DNA of 42,652 nt from Paraspadella gotoi. Lineage: Eukaryota; Animalia; Chaetognatha. The notes beneath the pieces were generated by a model, which was not told the origin of the DNA, made no database searches, and saw only the letters and a program-made list of their open reading frames with translations. This document shows, piece after piece, positions 1 through 10,180 of the stretch. The position numbers were made by a program, and so were the translations under genes. Each line of letters starts with the position of its first letter. Position 1 is the first letter of the stretch. The stretch lies in the NCBI GenBank assembly GCA_051294375.1, contig JBJCIZ010000708.1, positions 13,292 through 55,943 of the forward strand, in the 5' to 3' direction.

Positions 1-884
1 TTAAGGTAGGTAGAATTAACTTTTCCTCCATATAATTAACAGAATTGATCTATAGACTGACTGATTAACAAACTTAATTCAGTCTAACCAATGATCAAGA
101 CCAATGACACGACACGAAATTGCCGTAGGATATCATCGACAATAACTGAACTGCCCTGATACTGAGAGGAATCTTCGAAGTAACGAAAGAAGAGTTTTAT
201 TCTCAGAATAAAATGTGATCACAAAAATAAAGGATGAAATTCTTTGCTCTTTCTTTTGTGAGCCAGAAGAACCAAGTGACAAGCAAATTCACATCAAGCT
301 TCTACCCTACCTTTCAGTTCCCGCTCCCTGACCCCACTAGAATCCCTGCCTTGTTCCCCATTGGCCCCCGACCCCTGTGATCCCCTTCTACTCTTCTGTG
401 ATTGGTTCGTGGTCCAAGTGTGGTCATAGATTTGAGGGTAAGGTCTTTGTTTGGGCTTCTGGTGAGGTCGGCTTTGCCGCCGGCTGCTCTGCTGTGGCTG
501 CTGCTTCTGCTCCTGCGTATGGGTTAGGGAGGCGAGAGAGAAAGAACCAGCAGCCGGCGACCGCGTGGTCAGTGAGCGTTGATGATATTAAGATCAATCT
601 CTCAACACCGATTGATTGGATCTTTTACACTGTCAAAAACAATCCTATGATTCCATCAAAAATTAATATCCGGCTTAATCACACTTTCCTACCGATACAC
701 AAAATTTCATTTCAATTTATCTATCCAATTTATAATAAATATAATAATTATGAGGAAATATAAGTAAAACAAGTTTGAGCAAACAATGTCGAAGCTGCCT
801 ACGATAATTAAGCGGTAATCAGCTAATCAGATAATAAATCACGATAATTCTTTCAATTTGTGATCCTAACTGATCATAACAAAA

Positions 885-1330
885 CCTAAGTTGTAGTTCA
901 TTCAAATAGCAATGTTGCTGGCAATTCACACACGAGTCGCAGGTGTGGTAACTGTGGTTCTAGTTGGTTGGCGACTTCGTCATGGCGATATCGCCAGGGC
1001 CCTAGCGATGTCGCCAGTACCCCCACTGGCGACCTCGCCAGCTGATTAAAATACGCAATTCTTATGGCGATTCGCCTACACTAAACTATCATTAGGAGTA
1101 GTATTGAGTGGTTTAGGCGTTGAGTTGGTAGTAGTTAGGGTTAGGGTTGAGTAGTTTATGGTTAGGCTTGAGTAGTTTAGGGTTAGGGTTGAGTTAAGTT
1201 CATTTTAGGTTTAATATTAATGTCAATTTTAGGGTTAGGGGTAGGGAGGGTGTTGTTGATGAACAGGAGGCTTGCGTTAGTGTTAGAGAAGGTACTGGCG
1301 AGGGACATTAGGGATTATGGCTGAGGCTCG
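885..1330 (+). mobile_element. Fragment of a TIR-type element with GGCGA/TCGCC hairpin-rich end and degenerate TTAGGG repeats
   Basis: The terminal block (GTTGTAGTTCATTCAAATAGCAATGTTG...) recurs inverted at ~2830-2985 and ~27995-28138. The internal TTAGGG-rich part recurs at ~27260-27410. Superfamily not determined. Confidence 0.55.
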
Positions 1331-2197
1331 NNNNNNNNNNNNNNNNNNNNNNNNNATAAGTGATTCCTTTATAGTTTCCTCTGGCGTGCGCCAAGGTGGA
1401 TCCTCATTCCTTATTTATGGGCATTGTATATTGATGACCTAATCTTACAACTCAAAAAGAACTCTTTTTATCGTTCCACCAACTGTCTAATAAATACGTT
1501 ATTAAAACCGTCAGAAGAACTACTAATGAAATTGTTTTACTCAAACTGTTTTACTTTTATGGTTGTGAAATCAAAACATTCCTTTCTCGTGATATGAATA
1601 TGAGGGTGGAGTGATGAAAGATTGAGTAATTGAACATTATTTTTTTGCTGCCTATGGACAAGTAATTAATTAATTTTAAATCCTTTTAAATTTTTTTTTT
1701 AGCATAACAGTATAGTAAATTCAATTATTTATGTAGTAATATCCTTATAAAATCGTCAAATTTCAATTTTTTTTTATTTTTTAACTGATTTGGATTCGCC
1801 GTAAAAAAACTCAGAAACTTTTATAGAATGTTATATAATATTTTAATGTTTGGATCACAAAAAATGACTAAAACGTTTTAACATATATAAGTTTCTTCTA
1901 CAGAGAATAAAAAAATCATGAATTTTCCCCTTTTATTCCCATTTTAAACATTGAATACACTTAACGTGGCTGTTAATGATGGTATTCAGAAAATCTTTGG
2001 ATACAATCAATTTGTGAACTTTGTAGCTTGTTTAGTTATCATGACTTAACAACTATGTTTAACAATCATAGAAACAATTTTATTTCTAAGATTTATTCCT
2101 TGAGAAATTCCGTTCTTCAGGGCTTGATTCCTTTTTACGACATGAAATAATTTTAAATATTGTTTACTTTATTATCATTATTATCATTATCTGTTTA

Positions 2198-3105
2198 TCA
2201 GCAGATTCCGACTCTATAATTCACTTTGTCGGCCCGTCGGTCCCCACCCCAAAAAAAATCTTATCGGTAAATCATTTTTATCATCTCTGAATATCATATG
2301 ATAAATTAAGCAAAAAAACATGTCCGTCCATCCGTCCGTCCGTCCCGCCTAAACAAAAAACCCCAATTAATCGTGATTGAATGGATGGATTGGAATGAAA
2401 TTTTGTGTGTGGTTAGGAAAGTGTATGATTGAGTTAGTTATAAAGTTTTGGTAGAATCGTGCGAGTGGAAATGAGTTCAAATGGAAAAAATGTAAGTCAC
2501 ATTCATTAAAATCTTTTACTAATTTAAACCCATAATTACTCTAATTAATCATAATTAAACGGGTAGATTAGGATGAAATTTTGTGTGTGGGTAGGAAAGT
2601 GTGTGATTGAGCTGGATATAAATGATGCGAGTGAAAAAAATGTACTTTATTTGTAATTATTTCTACTATAGTCACAGTTCAGTTTAATCCCTTGCAAAGG
2701 ATTTACATGTATTGTAAACTACTACCAACTCAAACCCTAAACCAACTCAACCCTAAACCACCTCAATCCTACTCCTAATATGAGTTTAGTTCAGGCGAAA
2801 TCGCCATAACTATATTCGCTATTTTAATCACTGGCGAGGTCGCCAGTGGGGGTACTGGCGACATCGCTAGGGCCCTGGCGATATCGCCATGACGAAGTCG
2901 CCAACCAACTAGAACCACAGTTACCACACCTGCGACTCGTGTGTGAATCGCCAGCAACATTGCTATTTGAATGAACTACAACTTAGGTTTTGTTATGATC
3001 ATTAGGATCACAAATTGAAAGAATTAATCGTGATTTATTATCTGATTAGCTGATTACCGCTTAATTATCGTAGGCAGCTTCGACATTGTTTGCTCAAACT
3101 TGTTT
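2198..3105 (+). mobile_element. Helentron-associated non-autonomous element (DINE-1/HINE-like), family A, with nested insert
   Basis: 5' CAGCAGATTCCGACTCTATAATTCAC, GTCC microsatellite (2322-2345), 3' subterminal repeat GGCAG.T.CGAC, GTTTG-CT-CAAAC hairpin and CTTGTT end. Confidence 0.6.
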
Positions 3106-3342
3106 TACTTATATTTCCTCATAATTATTATATTTATTATAAATTGGATAGATAAATTGAAATGAAATTTTGTGTATCGGTAGGAAAGTGTGATTAAGCC
3201 GGATATTAATTTTTGATGGAATCATAGGATTGTTTTTGACAGTGTAAAGATCCAATCAATCGGTGTTGAGAGATTGATCTTAATATCATCAACGCTCACT
3301 GATGCTCCTTTTTATCTGCATCTACTAGTAAGGTTGTTATAC

Positions 3343-3693
3343 TGTCAGCGGATACGAGATCCGCCTCCCTCCCTTTTGATCTACCCCATCTCTCTCTCTC
3401 TCTCCCCTCCCTCCTCTCTCGCTCTCCCTCTCTCTATCTCTCATTCGATCATGAAGAAACACCACAGCGAATCACAGGGCTTCGAGCGGGACTAGGGCAA
3501 AGGGGATGTTTCATGGGCCGAGGGAATAAGGAAGGAGAAACTATGATTTCATTAATGAAGCTGCCCTCGGCCCGAATGGTTGTAAAATAATTCTAGCTTA
3601 GATTTTACACTGCGCTTAAATTGTAAATAAACATTTGCCTCTACTTTCGAACGTGATATTTAATTCGCCAAAGAATAGTGCTATACGGCAAAG
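3343..3693 (+). repeat. 5' LTR
   Basis: Starts TGTCAGC, ends TACGGCAAAG; AATAAA at 3626-3631. Differs from the 3' LTR by about 6 substitutions and 3 small indels (manual count). Confidence 0.95.
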
Positions 3694-3715
3694 TGGTGTC
3701 ACCGATGGAATTCGA
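3694..3715 (+). promoter_or_regulatory. tRNA primer-binding site
   Basis: TGGTGTCACCGATGGAATTCGA directly after the 5' LTR. Its reverse complement reads T-loop (TCGAAT), T-stem, acceptor strand, discriminator A, CCA. tRNA identity not determined. Confidence 0.85.
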
Positions 3716-3840
3716 GAAGTAAATTAAAATAAACCACGCGAAAAAGAACCAAAGAGACGCTCGACCAACGCAAAACCAAGCCAAGCGCAAACCATTCGGG
3801 CCCTCTCACCTGACAAAATTGAGCCAAAAACCAAATCTCG

Positions 3841-4466
3841 TTCCATCTTAGACATGGCAAAACTACTTGGCATAGGTGAGAATGTGGATGACGCGCTAAG
3901 AAATCACTTTGGCCGTGGAGGCGTCATCCAATGTCAGTGAGAGTTGACGAACGTCTTGAGGATGTTTCAGAGTCGGAAGTGGCGTTGATGCTGACGCTAG
4001 TGACGCTGATAATAGTTTCGTTAAGCTCTGAGGTAAAAGTTACTGTAACCAACTTGCTTGGTTATTAATATAAAATCAAGACCTTAATAAAATAATCAAA
4101 GCATATAGATATTCCTTCTGCTTTCACTAACAAGCAATAGAAATATCTATATAGCAAATAAAGCAATGCAATCAGTTAATTATTTAATTAATAACAGATC
4201 AATTGAATAATTAATAATTAATAACGAAATGGATCCTTATAGTAGAGTTGTTTAATTTTCATTTGAGATGAGAGGCAAGAAGAATTTCTTGATGAAAGCA
4301 AAACAACTGAGATTTGTTGAGATAAGTCTAAATTGGTTTGTCCTTTTGTTTGTATAAGACAAAAGGAAAACATTAACATGAGTAAGTTATAAAGGTGATT
4401 ACTGAATTAATATCTTTAACTACTTAAGTGGCGACATCAGTTGAGCCCATCGATTAGGGATGGAGC
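3841..4466. mobile_element. Secondary ~626 bp insertion (probable solo LTR or MITE) in the leader of the LTR element
   Basis: Flanked by direct repeat ATCTCG (3835-3840, 4467-4472). Short imperfect inverted ends (TTCCATC ... GATGGAG). AT-rich centre unlike the surrounding leader. Confidence 0.6.
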
Positions 4467-4560
4467 ATCTCGGGTTCAAATCCACAAGAAGGGGGCTAGC
4501 AAAGATTCGATACCGCCACTATAACCCACTGCACCGGCCGGAGAAAAAGCGTCAGACGCC

Positions 4561-5982
4561 ATGCAAGGCATGGTGGGGGCCTACTTGGATAGACGAACCG
4601 GAATGATCGTCTATCACGACGGCAGGACCGAACCCCATCAATCGATGGACGACCTGACGGCCGGGCTTGACAAGATCAAGCTCGTTGACGACGACGAAGG
4701 CGCCGCCGCCAACGAAGCAGCAGACAGCAATGGCAAACCGCACCTTCTAAATCTGGACGAAAACCTAAGAAGAGTTGCCGAAGGAAAAAAGGGCAACATG
4801 GGGGCCGCCATTACCGAAATGTTAGCCTTAATAAACGATAACAAAGTGGAGTTCCGCCGCGCCGCAGCAGAATCCCGCCAAGCAGCCGCCGAAACCAGGG
4901 CCCTCGCCCGAAAGATGGCCGACCTGGCCCAAGCAGTAGAAGAATTGGCCACGATGCCGAGGGAGGAAGGTCCAGACGCCTACTCGCCTGAGGACCGCCG
5001 AAGAAGCGCATCCACCGGTGGAAACGCCAGACAACCGGCCCCACGCTCGATTTCAGCGAACCCGCTCTCACGGGCACCAGTAAAGATGGATAGGCGACGT
5101 GAAGGAGAAAAGCCGATGGAGTTCTTGAGAGGCATCTACAGGAACCTCAAGAACTGCGACTTCGAAGAGAGAAGGGTAAACGAGCAACTACAGGCCATCC
5201 TCGCCCGTGACGAAGAAGCAAATTGGTATGTCGACCGCATAGGCGGCAGCCTATGGAAAGGCCTCGAAGCGATGTGCAAGGAGTCGTCAGTCTCGGCGGC
5301 GGAAATAGCCGAGAAGATAGTGGTGAAAGTGGACCCAAAGGAATACTCCGAATACGGACTCCCACTAGTGAATTCCATCTACAAGAAGTTCGACTGCGTC
5401 GCGCCAGAGGAACGAGATGCAGTCTCACGCCACGTAGCCCGCCTACTGACGAAAGCACTAGACCCGTACGCCCCGGGCATTTCGAGGGAAGTACTCAAAT
5501 TCAGAAAACTTATCGAGACGGGAAACCGCCGAGAGCTGGGAAAAAAAATAGAATGGATCCTGCGGGGATGGCTGGAAACATACGGATATAAATCAGAAGG
5601 CACCGCCCGTCGCTTTATAAATTCCATGAAAGACAATGACCGTCAGATCCTCACGGATTCGCTCCTAAAGAAGGGTCTGAGCGACAAAAATCCTGCCGAA
5701 AGCGCGAACACCCTCTACCAAGGAGCGATGATGCAGGAAGCAAACAATACGCGTGAACTCATGGAGAAGCTCACCAAAAGCATGTCGGCGATCCAGAGGG
5801 CCGTCGAAACCAAGAAAGACGACGGCAGATGGAGAGGACGCCAACCCAGAGACACAAGACGCCCCGAGTGGCGCGACAGGCGCGATGGGGGAGCGACAGG
5901 CGCTGGCAGGGCAGGCAGGCCCGCACGGACAAAAATTTCCGACGGGATAAATTTGAGTTTAGGCGCAGAGACGCAGTTGTAA
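4561..5982 (+). CDS. gag: Gag-like protein (probably continues through frameshifts to ~6613 and into the protease)
   Basis: 473-aa ORF after the PBS. N-terminal coiled-coil-like segment, RRREGEKPMEFLRGI resembling the capsid major-homology region, basic Arg-rich C-terminus. Protein-like frames continue at 5890-6610. Confidence 0.8.
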   Translation: MQGMVGAYLDRRTGMIVYHDGRTEPHQSMDDLTAGLDKIKLVDDDEGAAANEAADSNGKPHLLNLDENLRRVAEGKKGNMGAAITEMLALINDNKVEFRRAAAESRQAAAETRALARKMADLAQAVEELATMPREEGPDAYSPEDRRRSASTGGNARQPAPRSISANPLSRAPVKMDRRREGEKPMEFLRGIYRNLKNCDFEERRVNEQLQAILARDEEANWYVDRIGGSLWKGLEAMCKESSVSAAEIAEKIVVKVDPKEYSEYGLPLVNSIYKKFDCVAPEERDAVSRHVARLLTKALDPYAPGISREVLKFRKLIETGNRRELGKKIEWILRGWLETYGYKSEGTARRFINSMKDNDRQILTDSLLKKGLSDKNPAESANTLYQGAMMQEANNTRELMEKLTKSMSAIQRAVETKKDDGRWRGRQPRDTRRPEWRDRRDGGATGAGRAGRPARTKISDGINLSLGAETQL

Positions 5983-6613
5983 CTGACAAATTTGATGATG
6001 TCCAAACCACTAATAAAGCTTTCGAAAATTACAATTGCTTATTATTACCATGCCCGAAGTCAGAAAACCCCCAGAGAGGGAAAAAGCGGCAAAGCTAGCA
6101 AACGACGCCGCTGACAAATCAAAAACGCTGCAAAGAAATGGCAACCGTCCGATGCCCTAGCGAGATTCGCCGACTGCGCCAAAACGGCGATCAAATTCAA
6201 GGGCAAAGACGCAGCAGCTAGACTGTATAAATTATTTGCCCCGCTAGGGGTTAGAGACAGACACTTATTAGCCACGGCTATGTTAAACGCTTGAGAGCAT
6301 GCGAAAAACTCTGTAAGAAGGCGACGAACCGTGAAAACGGCAGGCCGACGGAAACGCTGCCTCTGCCGCCGACTCCGTCACAGGTTGAGACAGGCAAAAA
6401 CAAGGCAAAGCCAAAGCGAGACTTAGAACGTTCGTGGAATTCAGTGGGATAAAATCAAGAAAAATGATTTAAAACCCAACTTACTCAATCGTTGGAACGA
6501 ACCAGGGTGAGTCCCTGCATCAGGAAACGATCAGGAAGATCGAAAGACGATGCCACGAGCCCAAAACGCTCACGCTGCCCGTCACAAAGGAAGAATCCAG
6601 AAGAGATGAACAA

Positions 6614-7390
6614 ATGCCCCCACGATTACCCGATTCGCCGCCAGAGGCGCCTCGTCCAACAGGGAAAACAAATGGCCCAAAACCGAGGGACGATACCGGA
6701 AAAGGCTTTAGGCACGCGGGAAACAACTACATCCCGGCGGTAATAAATGGAGCCCCAGCCAGCTGCCTACACGACACGGGCGCCTCCATAAACACGATAC
6801 CGAGAAAATTCGTAGACAAATGGTCGTTAACGAATAGGATATATAGCGGAAACCCGCTAAGAGTAACGACAGGAAATGGACCGATCACCATTAGAGAAAG
6901 GTTAAACTTGAGAGTAATGTTTCAGAACTGGATTCTAGACACAGTATTCTTCATTTCACCCGATGCGGAGGACAGAGACGTCATCCTGGGCACTGCGACA
7001 ACCGACCCCGGGCCCAGCAACGAAATGTGGGTAGTGACTCCAAACGACAAGGATGGCACCCAGGTAGCTCATATGAATGGCAAACCAGTCACCCACCTTT
7101 TCAAAAGCAAGCAGAGCGCCCTCAGGGCCGCCAGATGGCTGGCCAGACAGTATATAGACGACAAAACGGAAATCCCCTTATATGCCGAAGCAAACGGCAC
7201 CGAGGGCGCCAAGGTCAGAAGCGGCCCGCACATATTGGAAATCTCTAGCCGATTCGAAATGGCTAATGGAATCGACGGATGGAAAAACGGCAGTAACCGT
7301 GACGGGAAACAAAGTGAAGACGATGTACACAGGACCGCACAAGGTGATCGAAGCAAGGGGCAACCATTACGTAGTAAACGTCAACGGTAA
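6614..7390 (+). CDS. pro: Retropepsin-type aspartic protease; true frame probably shifts near 7155 into the integrase tail
   Basis: CLHDTGASINTI catalytic motif, flap-like VTTGNG, and DVILG motif. Confidence 0.88.
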   Translation: MPPRLPDSPPEAPRPTGKTNGPKPRDDTGKGFRHAGNNYIPAVINGAPASCLHDTGASINTIPRKFVDKWSLTNRIYSGNPLRVTTGNGPITIRERLNLRVMFQNWILDTVFFISPDAEDRDVILGTATTDPGPSNEMWVVTPNDKDGTQVAHMNGKPVTHLFKSKQSALRAARWLARQYIDDKTEIPLYAEANGTEGAKVRSGPHILEISSRFEMANGIDGWKNGSNRDGKQSEDDVHRTAQGDRSKGQPLRSKRQR

Positions 7391-7457
7391 GCGCTCACTC
7401 TATCACAGACGCCGCCTCAAACTGAAAGGCGGCGACTCAGAAGATTTCAGAACATAA
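7158..7457 (+). pseudogene. C-terminal integrase remnant (post-catalytic region plus GPY/F domain)
   Basis: Frame reads TTKRKSPY...EAARTYWKSLAD...KVKTMYTGPHKVIE...YVV...YHRRRLK, matching the Gypsy integrase tail pattern TTGxSPY...GPY/FxV...Y...HxxRLK. No HHCC or DDE core upstream. Confidence 0.75.
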
Positions 7458-8100
7458 TTTCATAAGAGGAAAGGTCCTATGTAAATTTGTAAATATTTTG
7501 CAAACGATAACACATTCCAGAAAGAAAAGAGAGAAGCGAGGAACCGAAAGACTGAACAAAATGTTATGACAAACTTATAAATCCAGGAGAAAGAAACATA
7601 ATACGAAGACAACCTCAAGGTAAAATTCGAAAAGAAATATAGCTAAACAAACTAAACAAAAAGAACGGAGAGAAAGATAAATCCGAAACGAAATAGGCCA
7701 GAACAGACAGAGAGAGCCCTACTTCTTCCTTAACCCAACTCACCGGGAAAACGCCGGCCGATCGCGCTGCGATCGCCCGGAGGAGGAAGGGGGCAGACCA
7801 GACGCTCGAGACGACGATAGAACGAACGACGAGTCACGAGCGCCTGAGAAAGGAGCGAACAGAGCGTAGAGCGCTCAAAACCCACTCATGCAAAATTTTC
7901 AACAAACAAGTAAGACTCAGAGAAAAAAAAAATAAATAAAAAAAGGAACGAAACGATCTATTGTTTTCAAAGAGAAAAGGAAACACGAGCAAACCCAAGT
8001 AAGTGTAAAGAGGAAACTAGAAAGAAACAAAAGACCCTATAAGATCTAACAAAGGTTAGAAATAAAAGAAACCTAATAAGCAGTATTAAACCCAAACAGA

Positions 8101-10180
8101 ATGCAGACCAAAACGATCATATTAATCCTCGCGGTAACCGCCGGAACCATGCTCATCGGAGAAAACGGACATGGAATTCTCAAACAAAGGATAAAGGTCT
8201 ACGACTGCAACACCACATCCGACCACACGGCGATTGCATTAGACGAAAGAGAATGCGAAAAGGCAAACGAGGTTAAGGAGGAGTTACGCACGGCTCACCT
8301 GATATTCCACCCAGACGACCTGGAACACGACGGGTATGGATGCGATCTCGTCATCGTCGCCACCGGACGCCTCTGCGGCAGGTGGAGCATCCAATATCCG
8401 AACATAGACGCCATCGACCACTTCAGTCTAGAAAGGCAGGAATGCTTAGATCTGCATGCCGGAAAAAGAATCACGCTGAGCAAGATCCCGATATCCATAA
8501 GCGACCGAGCCGGCGTCCTTCAACCCATACAAATTGAAGGAAAGGAAGGAACCAACCTGATATCTCATCAAGTAGGAACGACGGATGCAGACGGCAGTTG
8601 CACAGGCGAGTCGCTGAAATTCCATGGGCGGTTGTATACCTCAGAAAACGCCAAGCTGGCCTCGAACCTCACCCTGTACAAAAGGAAGGTCAGGGTGGCG
8701 GACAGAGTAAATTCGAAGGCGGGATCTTGCGATATAGCGAAGCAACAGTAGTTATCCGGGCGGAATCATCGTGTGGGACGATGCCCGATGCCGTGCCGTG
8801 GTTGGATACACCGGAGGGATGTATCGATCCCAAGATGGAATCATAAGGGCGGTCTCCGAAGCCGACATCCGGAAGGCTATAAACCGATGCCACGACGCGA
8901 ATGGAGCTCCTACCCCGTGCGGGGATCTGCTGAAAGGAGCGGACCGATTTGGAGGATGTTGGATGAGTTGTTCAGAGGCTAGGTATCCAGACACCGCCAA
9001 AGCGTTGGAAAGGTGCATGGTCATGTGCGGCGGCACCAGTGACGCCGCCTTCACCCTCAGGCTGACCGGAAGGAAGACGAGAATCTCCAGCTGCGGATTG
9101 GTGGTGGATGAAAAGTCCTCTCCGCATTTCTTCTACGCGGAGGGCCGGATCCAAGGCCTGAAGCGCGATACCTCGGTGATGGAAGCGCTCCACGAGACGG
9201 CGTCGAAGCTCGCGAAAGACAACCAGAAAAACATCGACTCTCTCACCAAGGCCGTGCGGCACGAGCTCTGCGTGACACGGGCACGCGAAGCAAGGACGGC
9301 GGCAATCGAAGCACATCGCTCGCCGGCGGCCACTGCTTTCGTCGATCGCGGCAAAATCGCCGTCCTCCGAGGAGAACTGTTGGTCACCACTAGGTGCCGA
9401 CAAACGCTCGCTCTTCGCCGGGAAACCGAAGGATGCTTCCAGGATCTCCCCATAACGTTCGCAGGACGAGAGGCGTACCGTCACGCCATATACCATCACG
9501 TGATCGACTCCTCCTTCGAAACGCCATGCTCGCCTCCACCGGTGTATCAACAAGGAAATAAGTTTGTGGACAATGACGGGAACCCGTTCGAGAAATACCA
9601 AACGCTTCGAACCACGCTTCCGGACGCCCAGCACCACGTGACCAGCGAATCCTCGATCTACGAAGAGGTGGGCCAATTCATGGATCGCCATGCCAAGTTT
9701 ATCGGACAGACCCAGAGGTTTAATGAGCGTCTGGGCGAGATCACCGCTGGATCACCGTCATCGTTCATCCGGCGGATATTCGGTGATTCGTCGCTAATCG
9801 AGATCTGGAACTGGTTAGTGAACCTGGCTCCCCTGATGGGCATCGTTGCCATTGGGGGCGTGATCGCGCTGTGCGTCTGCTGCGGCTGCTGTCAGTGCGC
9901 GACCGGGTGCATCAGGCGTCAAGCGGAAGCGATTGGGAGAAACGTCGACGCCGCAATCGGCGAACCTCGGGGCGCTAGAAAGACTCGGCGCCATTCTAAG
10001 ACCTGGCTCCTCGTCATGGGCGGCGGGGGGGCGCGTCAGCAGATACGAGATCCGCCTCCCTCCCTTTCGATCTACCCCATCTCTCTCTCTCTCTCCCCTC
10101 CCTCCTCTCTCGCTCTCCCTCGCTCTCATTCGATCATGAAGAAACACCACAGCGAATCACAGGGCTTCGAGCGGGACTAG
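8101..10180 (+). CDS. env: Envelope glycoprotein, class III fusogen (chuvirus G / herpesvirus gB-like), split by one frameshift at ~8749
   Basis: Signal peptide, then YDC...C...C...CG..S...EC...GSCTG...C...W...C, then LC...SP...G...GE.....C...R...CFQDLPI...PCS.P.Y, then a C-terminal TM helix followed by a Cys cluster. Combines ORFs 8101-8751 and 8771-10180. Confidence 0.82.
10018..10033 (+). promoter_or_regulatory. Polypurine tract
   Basis: GGGCGGCGGGGGGGCG immediately 5' of the 3' LTR. Confidence 0.75.

Larger units (their letters stand above)
569..3302. repeat. Long inverted repeat (arms ~569-1136 and ~2717-3302, ~1.6 kb spacer containing an N gap)
   Basis: TCAGTGAGCGTTGATGATATTAAG... at 569 is the reverse complement of ...CTTAATATCATCAACGCTCACTGA ending at 3302. 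The match continues near-identically for ~450 bp, then with more indels into TTAGGG-like repeats. Confidence 0.9.

Noticed and set aside
1-568. Possible LTR or retroelement end on the minus strand; ORF 377-763
   Set aside because: No partner repeat, termini or protein motif in the window; the ORF runs across a repeat junction.
4426-4445. AAGTGGCGACATCAG as a second PBS
   Set aside because: Lies inside the nested insertion, does not follow an LTR end and lacks T-arm complementarity.
7090-7280. Reading EIPLYAEANGTEG...FEMANG in the protease frame as a degenerate integrase DDE core
   Set aside because: The +1 frame over the same bases gives a better, colinear match to the integrase tail (TTxxxSPY...AD...GPH), so the resemblance is probably coincidental.
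4552-9852. Many antisense and alternate-frame ORFs over gag, protease and env
   Set aside because: Shadow ORFs of GC-rich coding sequence with no recognisable motifs.
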